64,000 bases of DNA, from the NCBI GenBank assembly GCA_963422395.1, contig OY729431.1:1664001-1728000 (forward strand), read 5' to 3'. The position numbers and the translations under genes are program-made. Source of the DNA: Vicinamibacteria bacterium (GTDB taxonomy: Bacteria > Acidobacteriota > Vicinamibacteria > Marinacidobacterales > Marinacidobacteraceae). Below the pieces are notes generated by a model that was not told the DNA's origin, did no database searches, and saw only the letters and a list, made by a program, of their open reading frames with translations. The stretch's first letter is position 1. Every line of letters starts with the position of its first letter. Shown piece by piece: positions 32,677-42,859 of this stretch.

Positions 32677-33803
32677 CGGGGCTTCTCCTCGGGCCTGTTC
32701 GCCCGGCTGAGCTGTTCGAAACGGTCGAGGGCGGAAGCCGCTCCGTCCGCATCACCGAGCCGCCGCCGGGCGAAGCCGAGCTGATAGTACGCCTCCGCAT
32801 ATCCCGGGGCGTAGGCGATGGCCGTCTCGAGCAGCCGCGCCGCCTGCACCGCGTCCCCCCGGCGGAGTGCGATCTTCCCGAGGTGGAACCAGGCTTCCGG
32901 AAAATCCTCCCCCGCATCGAGCGCGCGGCGAAAGGCGGCTTCGGCCCCGTCCAGATCCAGACGGCGCAGCGCGGTCAGCCCGAGGAAGTGATGGGCGCGG
33001 CGGAGGTCCGGGTCGATGGCGATCGCCGCTCCGAGCCGTTCCTCGGAAGCTTCGTAGTCGCCGGCGCGCCAGTCGAGATAGCCGAGCTGCAGCAGCGTTT
33101 CCGCGTCCCCGGGCGCCAGGGCCGCATGGCGTTCGTAGGCGGCGCGCGCCGCCCGAAGCCGCTCCTGGCCGAGCAGCGCGGCGCCGAGGTCGGCGAAGAT
33201 CGCGGGATCCTCTCGGTAGCCGAGGGTGAGCGCCCGTTCCAGTTCCGCTCGTGCCTCCGGCCAGTGTTCGAGCCGCAGCAGCAGCCGACCGAGGAATCGC
33301 CGCACTCCGGCGTCTCGCGGCGCGAGCCGCGCGGCCTCCCCCGCCTTCTCGACCGCTTCCGGGAGTCGCCCCGCCCGGTCGAGAACCGCAGCGGCCAGGT
33401 AGGGCGCCTCGTAGCGCTCCGGGGCGGTCTTCTCGGCGGACGCCAGCTCGACGAGCGCTTCCTCCACCTCTCCGAGCTGGCCGAGCGCCTGGCCGATCGC
33501 CAGCCGGCTGTCCACGAACTCCGGCGCCAACCGGAGCGCCGCCCGAAGGTGCGGGACCGCCCGGTCCGGTTCTCCGGCGAGGAGCCAGAGCGCTCCCGCC
33601 CGGTGGAACGCCGCAGGATCGTTGGGTCGTTCGGCCAGGAACGCGCCGATCGAGCGGGCGGCCGCCTCCGACTCGCCGGCCTCGATCCGGGAAGCGGCCT
33701 CGACGAGCTCCGGAGCGGCAGCGGCCGGCCGTTGCGACGCGGCAGCGGAAGGCACCGCTCCCGCGAGCAGCAGCGCCGGAAGAAAGGAGCCGCTCCTCCG
33801 CAT
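32673..33803 (-). CDS. Secreted TPR protein
   Basis: Signal peptide followed by many TPR repeats. Confidence 0.85.
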   Translation of the reverse strand: MRRSGSFLPALLLAGAVPSAAASQRPAAAAPELVEAASRIEAGESEAAARSIGAFLAERPNDPAAFHRAGALWLLAGEPDRAVPHLRAALRLAPEFVDSRLAIGQALGQLGEVEEALVELASAEKTAPERYEAPYLAAAVLDRAGRLPEAVEKAGEAARLAPRDAGVRRFLGRLLLRLEHWPEARAELERALTLGYREDPAIFADLGAALLGQERLRAARAAYERHAALAPGDAETLLQLGYLDWRAGDYEASEERLGAAIAIDPDLRRAHHFLGLTALRRLDLDGAEAAFRRALDAGEDFPEAWFHLGKIALRRGDAVQAARLLETAIAYAPGYAEAYYQLGFARRRLGDADGAASALDRFEQLSRANRPEEKPR

Positions 33804-33825
33804 GAGACAAAATCAGCGCCAGTCG

Positions 33826-35070
33826 ATGTACCGGACCTCTCGGATTCCCCCGAACCCCCGGCCGCGCCGGATCTCGATCCGTGCCGAAGCCGGGGATTAT
33901 GCCGAAGCGGGGCCGGCGCTCCGGGCGGTCGCCGGCCTGTTCCTGATCCTCGCCGCCGGCTGCGGGGGCGAACCGCCGAACGAAGGAGTCGATCCGGGCT
34001 TCGCCGGCGGAGTACTCGACGAAAACTCCGACGAAATTCTCCCGGTCGGGGGTGAGATCCGCCGTCCTGCCCGGGTCCGTTTCGAACCGCCGGAGTACCC
34101 CGAAGCCGCGAGAGAACGGGGCGAGGAAGCACTCGTGGTGCTCGAACTGACGCTCGACCGCGAAGGCGGGGTGGCGGAAGCTCGCTCGCTCCGCGGCCCG
34201 CCGGAGCTCGGAAGGGCGGCAGCGGCGGCGGCCCGGCGATGGGGTTACGAGCCGACGCTCGTGAACGGTGAGCCTGCGGCGATCCGGTTCGCCGAGACGG
34301 TGCGCTTCGTCCTCCGCCCGGCGGGAGGCCAGGGAATGCGCCTCCCCCGGGGGACACCGATGGGGGCTCGCCCATCGGACCGGTCCGGAGATTTCCCCCG
34401 TTTCCCCGATTGGGAAATCTCCGGACACGCCTTCACCGCCTGCCCCTGCGACACTCCCTGCCCCTGCCGCTCGAACGGGCCGCCGTCGCACCCGCCCTGC
34501 CACGCGGCCACCGCCACCCGCCTCACCTCCGGGCGCTACGGGGAAGTGGACCTCGCCGGGTCGCAGTTCGTGACCCTCGGTCCGGAAACCTGGGTCGCGC
34601 TCTACTTCGACGAGGAGATGGACGAGGCCCGTCAGCGCGCGATCCTCGGTATCTTCCGAAGCCTCGCCCCCGGCGCACCGCAACGCTACCGGGCCATCCG
34701 AAGAGTTCCGCTCTCGATCACCGAGGCCGGGACCGCGACGGAGCTCGTTCGGCGAGCCTCCATCCCCGGCATCCTGGAGATGGAGACCACGCTGCCCCGG
34801 GACGGTGGGCGCCTCGCCGGGCTGATCCCCGGCATGGATGTCTGGTCGAACCAGATCGCCTACGGCAGGACCGGCGTCTATCGCTTCACCGACCCCGGCA
34901 TCCCGGCGGCATGGGACCATAGCGGACGCCAGTCGAACGCCAAGGAGTTCGTTCTCGATCACGGGATGTACCAGGAGGGCCGGATGCTGATCCAGCACGC
35001 CGACGGCTCGGGGGACTGGACCGCTCCGCAGCGGGCGCTCTTCTCTTGCGCCCGCAGCGGGCGGCGGTAG
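33826..35070 (+). CDS. Lipoprotein: TonB C-terminal domain fused to a DUF1326-like Cys-rich domain
   Basis: LAAGC lipobox; GGEIRRP...PEYPEAAR...WGYEPTLVNG; ACPCDTPCPC...C; start uncertain. Confidence 0.75.
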   Translation: MYRTSRIPPNPRPRRISIRAEAGDYAEAGPALRAVAGLFLILAAGCGGEPPNEGVDPGFAGGVLDENSDEILPVGGEIRRPARVRFEPPEYPEAARERGEEALVVLELTLDREGGVAEARSLRGPPELGRAAAAAARRWGYEPTLVNGEPAAIRFAETVRFVLRPAGGQGMRLPRGTPMGARPSDRSGDFPRFPDWEISGHAFTACPCDTPCPCRSNGPPSHPPCHAATATRLTSGRYGEVDLAGSQFVTLGPETWVALYFDEEMDEARQRAILGIFRSLAPGAPQRYRAIRRVPLSITEAGTATELVRRASIPGILEMETTLPRDGGRLAGLIPGMDVWSNQIAYGRTGVYRFTDPGIPAAWDHSGRQSNAKEFVLDHGMYQEGRMLIQHADGSGDWTAPQRALFSCARSGRR

Positions 35071-35180
35071 CAGCCGTTTCCGAAGCCACCCGGACTGCCA
35101 GGCAACCGCCGCCGCGCCCCCGCGCCGACGATCGGATGCGGACGATATGTCTGTTGTCGGTGAAAACCCGCCGCATCCGT

Positions 35181-35189
35181 GGTATAAGC
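35181..35189 (+). promoter_or_regulatory. Possible extended -10 element upstream of the TBDR
   Basis: tggtataag about 180 bp upstream of the start; AAGGAGG RBS at 35353-35359. Confidence 0.4.
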
Positions 35190-35364
35190 AACAGTTCCTA
35201 TGGGTTATGGGGAGAGCGAAGGGAGCCCTCCGCTCCGACCTCTACTCTGAACTGCTGCTAGCGCTTCTTCGTTCTCTAGGCGAACGGTCGGCGAACCATC
35301 CGGACTCCGCCGCCGAAACCTGCTTCCAGCCAAGACTCCGATCCACCGACAAAAGGAGGGTTCG

Positions 35365-38186
35365 ATGAGGGATATCCAACTGCGGGGGCTGTTCCCCGCT
35401 CTCGCGGCTTTCACGCTGCTCACTGCATCCGCCGCTGCCCAGACCCGCATCGGGACGGTCGAGGGCACGATCCTCGACGGCACCGGCCAGGTGCTTCCCG
35501 GTGTTTCCGTGACGATGACCGGCGACGCCGGCGCCGGCAGCGAAGTAGCGGTTTCTTCCGGCACCGGCACCTATCGGTTCCTCGCGGTTCCGCCGGGGAT
35601 CTACTCTCTTCGCTTCGAACTCGGCGGTTTCCAGACCCGCATCAACGAGGGGGTCCGGGTGGACATCGGCCGTACCACCAGCCTCGATGTCCAGCTCGAG
35701 ATCTCGACTCTGGAGGAGACGGTCACAGTGGTCGGCGAATCCCCGCTGCTCGACACGAAGAGCACCGTGATCGGCGCCACCTTCGACGAGAGCCTGCTCG
35801 AAGAGGTCCCCAGCGCCCGCGATGTCTGGTCGCTGCTCGAGCACCAGGCACCGGGAGTCACCACCAACCGGCTGGATGTGGGCGGCAGCGAGACCGGTCT
35901 GCAGGCCGTCTTCTCCGCCCGCGGCACTTCCTGGGGCCAGAACAGCTACTACTGAACGGGGTGAATGTGACCTGTCCGGCGGCGCTCGGGGCGAGCGGGT
36001 ACTACTACGACTACGACAGCTTCGAGGAAGTGCAGGTCGAAACCGGCTCGCATCCGGCGTCGGTGAACGCTCCCGGCGTGTACCTGAACATGGTCACCAA
36101 AAGCGGCGGCAACGACTTCGCGGGCGGCCTCGGGTTCCACTACCAGAACGCCTCCACCCAGTCGGACAATCTGACCTCCGAACTCGAAGCGCGGGGCGCG
36201 ACCGCCGCCGAGTTCGACTACCTCTCGGACGCCACCCTGCAATTCGGCGGTCCGGTGGTGCGCGACCGCTCCACCTTCTTCTTCTCGTTCCGCGACGAGC
36301 GCGTGCACCGCTATGTCTCCGGCGTCGAGAATGTCACCGAAGATACCGACATGTGGCAATTCGTGCTCAAGAGCGACACCGACATCACCGAGTCGAACAA
36401 GATGAGCCTCGAATGGCACGAGATGTCCTATTGGAAGCCGCGCCGCGGAATGGCCGGCAACCGGCCCCCCGAGGCGAGCTGGATCGAAGACGACACCTTC
36501 CGGATCATCCAGGCGACCTGGACTTCGACGCTCAGCGAGAACGCACTCCTCGACACCCGCTTCTCCCACCTGAATGTTTGGTTTCCGACCTATCACTCCG
36601 AGGAGGCGCAGGCCGCCGGCCTGCAGGCCGGTTACGATGTCGGCACCGGTCAGTTCCTGAATGCACGCGACTTCAATGTAGAGCGGCGCAGGAAGCGCTA
36701 TTCGTTCAAGAGCTCCCTGACCTATTTCGCTGAAGATGTGGCGAACGCCGACCATGAGTTCCACCTCGGAGTCGAGTATTCGCACAATCCGATCCGCAAT
36801 GTGACGACCGCCATCGACGATGTCTTCCTGCGCTTGAACAACGGCGCCCCGTTCGAAGTACAGCTCCGCAACACGCCCCGCAACGACGGACAGACGCTGG
36901 ACCAGACCTCGGCCTACATAGACGACATCATCACTGCGGGCCGGCTGACGCTGAAGCTCGGCCTCCGCTGGGATCGCTACCACGGCTGGCTGCCGGAGCA
37001 GAACAGTCCGGACGGCACCTGGTGCAAAGCCGCGAACGGATGCCCCCGCACCTTCCCGGAGCGAACCGGAATCCTCGATCTTTCGAGCTTCGCCCCCCGC
37101 TTCGGACTCGTGATCGGGCTCGAAGAAGGCGGCCAGAGCGCCCTGAAATCCTCCTGGGGACGCTACTACCACCAATTCTCGACCGGCTTCGCCAACTTCG
37201 TGAACCAGAACGGAAGTTTGACGAACACCCACGAATGGAACGATCTGAACGGTGACGGCCAATTCCAGAACGGCGAACAGGGGGCGGTCCTCGCCGACCA
37301 GTTCGGCGCCCAGGCAACTGTCGCCACCATCGCTTCCGACCTGAAGCACGAATACACCGACGAGTTCACCCTGGGGCTGGAGCGCGAGTTCGAAGGAGAC
37401 CTCTGGGTGCAGGCCACCTTCTCGATGCGGAACAGCAACGACAAGTCGGACTCGGTCAACCTCGCGGTACCCGATTCAGCCTACGATCCGGTGGAGGTAC
37501 AGGACCCGGGTCCGGACGGCACCCTCGGAACGGGCGACGATGGCGGAATGATCACCATCTTCAACCAGAGCGTCGAGACCGTCGGCCTGAGCGATCGCCA
37601 GATCAAGACGATCGACAAGTTCGAAACCAGCTTCATGGGTTTCGAACTCATCGCCCAGAAGCGGCTCTCGAACAACTGGCAGGCACTCGTTTCCTATTCC
37701 AGGAACGACACCGACACCTGGACCCGCGGCGGCCAGTGGGAGAACACGAACCCCGGCATCTTCACGAATCCGAACCTGCAGGTGAACGCCAAGGGCAAGT
37801 CCTTCTACGACCGCACGAACCAACTCAAGGTGATCGGCACCTGGCACGCACCCTGGGGCGTCCGCACTTCCGGCGTGATGCGCTACCAGACCGGCCAGCC
37901 CATCGCCCGCACCTTCTTCGCGAGCGGGCTCAACCAGGGCGGAGCGACCATCCTCGCCACACCGGTGGGAAGCGAGCGGCTGCCGAATGTGACCACCTTC
38001 GACATCGCGTTCTTCAAGGACATCCAAGCCGGACGGGTCCGCATCTCGCCGGAGATGAACATCTTCAACATCACGAACGCGAACACCGATACGACGCTCA
38101 ACACTTCGAGCGGCTCCAACTACGGAAACCCGCTCAACTACCTCTCGCCGCGGATCATCCGTTTCGCAGTCCGCGTCCACTTCTGA
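35365..38186 (+). pseudogene. TonB-dependent receptor (carboxypeptidase-regulatory N-domain, Oar-like) split by a 1-bp frameshift at about 35953
   Basis: ORFs 35365..35955 and 35961..38186 join into NSYY-LNG-VNVT if one base is restored; C-terminal Phe; may be a sequencing error. Confidence 0.8.
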
Positions 38187-38216
38187 TCCCGACAGGGGGC
38201 GCTCGCTCGGGACGCC

Positions 38217-38256
38217 AGGCAGCCGTCGGTCCTTTCCGAGACCGACGGCACCTGGT
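38217..38256 (+). terminator. GC-rich stem-loop after the TBDR (mRNA stabiliser or weak terminator)
   Basis: ccagg-ca-gccgtcggtc / gaccgacggc-a-cctgg; no U-tract. Confidence 0.5.
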
Positions 38257-38288
38257 GCGTTCCTGACACCTTCGCCGGCTCTCGATCC

Positions 38289-39413
38289 ATGAAGCGGCGG
38301 CGGGCGCTCGCCGCTCTCGCCGCCGCGGCGCTCGTTCCGGTCGGCAAGGCATTCGGTCAGGAAAGCACAGCGGGCACTGCGATCCTTCCTTGGGACGACA
38401 TCGAACCGCCCCCGCCGGGGAGCAAGGCGCGGTTCACCGACCTCTCCCGCTTGACCGGCGCAATCGTCCCGAACGATGAGTTCTTCGTCCTCCACCACGG
38501 GGAGGTCCCCGAAATTCCGCGGGATCGGTTCCAGTTGACGATCGGACGGCAGGATGCCGCTCCGGAACGGACGCTCGGGCTCTCGGACCTGGCGAGGCTG
38601 CCCCGGCGCGAAACCGTCGCCGTCTTCGAGTGCTGCGGCAACGGCGGCATCGGAATGCACGGACTCGTCGGCGCGGCGCGCTGGGGCGGGGCCGCGCTCG
38701 CGCCGCTCCTCGACGGACTCGTCGGACCGGATGCTCGCGAAGTCGTCTTCTTCGGTGCCGACCGCGCGGAGGAACGCCTGCGGGGCAACCGCTATCCCGG
38801 CCGCTTTGCCCGCAGCCTCCCTCTCGCCGACGCGCTTTCCCCCGACGCACTCCTCGCCGATACGATGAACAGCGAGCCGCTGCCTCCGCAGCACGGCGGC
38901 CCGCTGCGGCTCATCGTTCCCGGCTTCTACGGGGTCGCTCAGGTGAAGTGGGTCGAGCGGATCGAGGTCTGGCCGTCGCGCTTCGCCGGCTGGTACCAGG
39001 CGAAGGACTATGTGACGGTGCGCGGTATCGAGACCGCCGCCGGAATCGAGCACCGGGCGAGCGCCATCGGCCGGATGCGCCTGAAGTCGCTCGTGACCCG
39101 CGTCGAGCGGGCGGGGGCTTCCGATCTCCGAATCCACGGACTCGCCTGGAACGACGGCACGACCGAGATCGAGGAAATCGGGATCCGCGTGGACGGCGGC
39201 GGCTTTGCCAGCGCGGAACGGCTGCTCGCCGAGCATCGCTTCGGCTTCCGGCATTTCCGGGGACGATGGCCCTCACCCACACCCGGCGAACATCGACTGG
39301 TCTCCCGTGCCCGCGACGGGAAAGGCGTCCAGCCCACCGAGGCCGAAGCGTCCCGCTACCAGGCGACCCCCTGGGAGAACGACGGACAGGTCGTGCGCCG
39401 CATCCGCCTGTAA
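38289..39413 (+). CDS. Sulfite-oxidase-family molybdopterin oxidoreductase, exported
   Basis: KRRRALAAL signal; ECCGN Mo-ligand Cys; HGGPLRLIVPG.YG...VKW; C-terminal dimerisation domain. Confidence 0.88.
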   Translation: MKRRRALAALAAAALVPVGKAFGQESTAGTAILPWDDIEPPPPGSKARFTDLSRLTGAIVPNDEFFVLHHGEVPEIPRDRFQLTIGRQDAAPERTLGLSDLARLPRRETVAVFECCGNGGIGMHGLVGAARWGGAALAPLLDGLVGPDAREVVFFGADRAEERLRGNRYPGRFARSLPLADALSPDALLADTMNSEPLPPQHGGPLRLIVPGFYGVAQVKWVERIEVWPSRFAGWYQAKDYVTVRGIETAAGIEHRASAIGRMRLKSLVTRVERAGASDLRIHGLAWNDGTTEIEEIGIRVDGGGFASAERLLAEHRFGFRHFRGRWPSPTPGEHRLVSRARDGKGVQPTEAEASRYQATPWENDGQVVRRIRL

Positions 39414-39537
39414 TGACGGGGCAGGTTCCTGCGGGCGCCGAAAGACCGCCCCGGCTCCGGCTCCGACCTCATCCGAATGAGAGAATCGGGAAGCGAGGGG
39501 GACGAGAGTGGGAGAAGAGGCCGGTGCGAGGCAGCCG

Positions 39538-41187
39538 ATGCGGGTGATCCGATGCCCGCTCGCCGGAGCGTTGGCCGTCCTCGGCCTCGCGGGCAGCTCC
39601 GGCGCAGCGGCCCAGCGATTCACCGAGGTCACGGAATCGTCGGGCGTCCGCTTCCACCACCGGACCGGGCGCGGCGAAGCCGGCCGCCCCGCCTACTCCA
39701 TGCCCGAGATCATGGGGTCCGGGGTCGGGCTCTACGACTTCGACGGCGACAGCGATCACGATCTCTACTTCGTGCAGGGCTCGGGACCGGACCAGCTCTT
39801 CGAGAACCTCGGCGGCCTCCACTTCGCCGAAGTTCCCCGGGCGCGGCAGCCGCCGCTGCTCGACGGTCGGGGCGCCGGAATCGCAGTGGGGGACTTCGAC
39901 AACGACGGCGATCTCGATCTCTTCCGCACCGGGTACGGCGCGGACGCTCTCCTCCGAAACGACGGCGGAGAATCAGGAGCGTTCGCCCCCGGCGACCCCC
40001 CCGAAGGGCAGCCCGGCTGGGACCGCGGCTGGTCGGCCTCGGCGACCTTCTGCGACTACGACAGCGACGGCTGGCTCGACCTGTTCGTGACCCGCTACCT
40101 GGACTACGACCCCGACTTCTCCTGCCACGCCCCCGACGGCCGGCAGGACTACTGCAGCCCGACGCAACTCCGCGGCCGAGCCGATCTCCTGTACCGCAAC
40201 GACCGCGGCCGGTTCCGCGACCGGAGCGAGGCGAGCGGGATCGCCGCGTTCTCGGCCCGGGGCCTCGGAGTCGTCTGCCACGACTTCACCGGAGACGGAA
40301 GGCTCGACTTCTTCGTAGCGAACGATACCGAGGCGAACCACCTTTGGGTCAACCAGGGAGACGGGACCTTCGCCGAAGAAGCCTTGCTCCTCGGCGCCGC
40401 GCTCAGCGGCTTCGGCCGTCCGGAAGCCGGAATGGGCGTGGACCTCGGCGACCTCGACGGCGACGGCGATCTGGACCTCCTGCTCACCCACTTCGCCGAC
40501 GAGACGAATACCGCCTACCTGGCAGAACCGGGAATCGGCTTCACCGACAGCACGATCTCACTGGGGCTCGGCATGCCTGGGCTTCGCAATACCGGCTTCG
40601 GGGTCGCGCTCGCCGACTGGAATCACGACGGACACCTCGACGCTGTCGTGGCGAACGGCCGGGTGGCGCGCCCCGCCGGGGAAGGGCCGCAGGATCCGTT
40701 CTTCGCCCAGTACTCCGAACCGGCTCTCGTGTTGGGAAACGACGGCCGCCGTTTCCGCGACCGGACCGGGGAGTCCCCCGCCCTGCTCGTACCGACCGTG
40801 GGCCGGGGACTCGCTGCCGGCGATCTCGACGGCGACGGAGACCTCGATCTGGTGCTGACCGCGAACGCCGGACCGGCCCGAATCTTCCGCAACGACTCCG
40901 AGCACCGCGGCCGCCCGTTGCTGATCACCGCGCTGGCAGCGGAGGGGCGCAGCGACCACGGTGCGGTGGTGCAGCTCGTCACCCGCGCGGGCCGACGGAC
41001 CGCACGGGTCAATCCGGGAGTCTCCTATCTCTCCTCCGGCGACCCGCGGGCCCATTTCGGCGTTCCCGAGGGCACCCGCATCGAGGAGATCCTGGTTCGC
41101 TGGTCGGACGGCTTCGAGGAACGCTTTCCACCGCCGGAAAGCGCGGGGGTCACCCTTTTGCGCGGCCGAGGGAAAACCGATGGCTGA
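39538..41187 (+). CDS. CRTAC1/ASPIC-UnbV family protein
   Basis: DFDGD, DFDNDG, DLDGDG repeats; SYLSSGD..AHFG. Confidence 0.9.
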   Translation: MRVIRCPLAGALAVLGLAGSSGAAAQRFTEVTESSGVRFHHRTGRGEAGRPAYSMPEIMGSGVGLYDFDGDSDHDLYFVQGSGPDQLFENLGGLHFAEVPRARQPPLLDGRGAGIAVGDFDNDGDLDLFRTGYGADALLRNDGGESGAFAPGDPPEGQPGWDRGWSASATFCDYDSDGWLDLFVTRYLDYDPDFSCHAPDGRQDYCSPTQLRGRADLLYRNDRGRFRDRSEASGIAAFSARGLGVVCHDFTGDGRLDFFVANDTEANHLWVNQGDGTFAEEALLLGAALSGFGRPEAGMGVDLGDLDGDGDLDLLLTHFADETNTAYLAEPGIGFTDSTISLGLGMPGLRNTGFGVALADWNHDGHLDAVVANGRVARPAGEGPQDPFFAQYSEPALVLGNDGRRFRDRTGESPALLVPTVGRGLAAGDLDGDGDLDLVLTANAGPARIFRNDSEHRGRPLLITALAAEGRSDHGAVVQLVTRAGRRTARVNPGVSYLSSGDPRAHFGVPEGTRIEEILVRWSDGFEERFPPPESAGVTLLRGRGKTDG

Positions 41188-42592
41188 GGTGCGAGGATCG
41201 CCCGCGGCGGCCCCGATCGCCGTTCTCCTGGCGATCGGGCTCGGCGGCTGCGGCGGCGCCGAGATCCCAGAAATCTCCACCGATGGCATGGAACGGCGGG
41301 TCGCCGCCGCGATCGGCAACGCAGAGACCGCCCTGCGGGAAGACCACGGGGACGCAAGCCGCTGGGGCCAGTTCGCCATGGTCCTCCACGCCCACGGGCT
41401 CAGGGCCCCGGCGCTGGCCGCTTACGCCGAGGCCGCACGGCTCGACGGCGCTGATCCGCGCTTTTTCCATCTGCCGGCTCGGCTCCTCGAAAACGCCGAT
41501 CCCGAAGCCGCCCTCGCTCTTGCCGAACACGCGCTCCGCCTCGAGCCTTCGCTGGCGCCGGCTCTCGCCCTGCGGGCGCGGATTCTCGACGGCCTCGGCC
41601 GTGCGGACGCGGACGCTGCCTGGGACGCGCTCCGGCAGCGTGCGCCAGACTCGGTGGAGGCTGCCATCGCCGGTGGGCGGCAGGCGCTCGCGGCGGGTGA
41701 TCCCGAAGGCGCGGCGCAGGCGCTCGAACGGGCTGTGGAGATCGCCCCCGATGCGGCGGCCGGCTGGTCTTTCCTGGCCCGGGCGCGCCGCCGGCTCGGG
41801 GATTCCGAAGGGGCGCAACAGGCGGCTATCCGCGCCCGAACAGCGGCGGACACCGCCGCGGGCCGGCAGCTGCCGGACCCGGACCCATACATCGAGGCCC
41901 TCTTCCGTCTCCGGGTGGACAGCCGCGGCCGCGAGGCCCGCGCCCGGCGCGCGGCGGCCTCCGGCGACGACGACGCCGCCGCCGCGATCTACCGGAGCCT
42001 GCTCGCCGATCGGCCCGAAGACGCTGCTCTCCACTACAACCTCGGCAACGCCCTGGCCCGGTCAGGGCGCGGCGGCGAAGCCGAAGCCGCCTATCGTGAA
42101 GCTCTGGCACGGGATCCGGAATCGAGCCCGGCGATGGCGAATCTGGCGAATCTCCTCGCCCGGAGTGGCCGCGATGCGGAAGCAGCCGAGCTCTACCGGC
42201 GCTCCACCGCCGCCGACCCCGGCCATCTGCCCACCCTGCTCGGGGCCTCGAGCCTCCACTTCGGGCGCGGCGACCTGCGGGAGGCAGAACGGTTTCTGCG
42301 AAGGGCGCTGGATCGAGACCCCGAACACCCCGGAGCCCTCCAGGGACTCGGGCAGCTGTTGGCGGCGGCCGGCCGGCTCGACGAAGCAGCAGAAACTCTC
42401 GGTCGCGCCCTCCGGGCGGTGGAGCAGGCAGCCGAATCTCCGCAAAATCAAGCCGGAATCCACTTCCTGCTCGCCGATGTGGAGCGTCAGCGGGGCCGCC
42501 GCGCCGAGGCCCTCCGCCACCTGGCTCGCGCCGAGGCGCTCGGCATGGAGGTCCCGGCGGCGTTTCGAAAAGCGGTTCGCCGCGCACGCTGA
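41180..42592 (+). CDS. TPR lipoprotein
   Basis: LGGC lipobox; TPR repeats (LHYNLGNAL). Confidence 0.85.
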   Translation: MAEVRGSPAAAPIAVLLAIGLGGCGGAEIPEISTDGMERRVAAAIGNAETALREDHGDASRWGQFAMVLHAHGLRAPALAAYAEAARLDGADPRFFHLPARLLENADPEAALALAEHALRLEPSLAPALALRARILDGLGRADADAAWDALRQRAPDSVEAAIAGGRQALAAGDPEGAAQALERAVEIAPDAAAGWSFLARARRRLGDSEGAQQAAIRARTAADTAAGRQLPDPDPYIEALFRLRVDSRGREARARRAAASGDDDAAAAIYRSLLADRPEDAALHYNLGNALARSGRGGEAEAAYREALARDPESSPAMANLANLLARSGRDAEAAELYRRSTAADPGHLPTLLGASSLHFGRGDLREAERFLRRALDRDPEHPGALQGLGQLLAAAGRLDEAAETLGRALRAVEQAAESPQNQAGIHFLLADVERQRGRRAEALRHLARAEALGMEVPAAFRKAVRRAR

Positions 42593-42594
42593 CC

Positions 42595-42787
42595 AGTAGC
42601 CTGTGGATAAAGTAGCGCGAGCCCCAAGAGCGGTGAGGCGCGCGGCGGACAAGGCGCGATTCGGGAGGCATACCGGGTGTATTCCGACGGAATCGCAACG
42701 CCGAGCGAAGCGGCCAGTTCTCCGGGTGGGGGCTCCGCCGTGATGCATCGCCGGCCTTTGGCCGTGTGACTTTGTCCACAGGCTGCT
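42595..42787 (-). mobile_element. MITE-like element, copy 2 (complete, 193 bp)
   Basis: TIRs agtagcctgtggataaagt / actttgtccacaggctgct (17 of 19 match); homologous to 7677-7855. Confidence 0.75.
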
Positions 42788-42859
42788 CGGATCGGTCCCG
42801 TTCTCCCGGGCTGCTGGCGCGCGGCTGGCACAATGGGCCGGCGACCCGAAGGAGCCTGC

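Noticed and set aside
35953-35955. Selenocysteine or stop readthrough at the TBDR TGA
   Set aside because: The downstream half is in a different frame and another in-frame TGA follows two codons later; a 1-bp indel explains it.
42595-42787. Replication origin suggested by DnaA boxes
   Set aside because: At most two boxes per element, no AT-rich unwinding region, no dnaA/dnaN context, and the boxes are part of a dispersed repeat.
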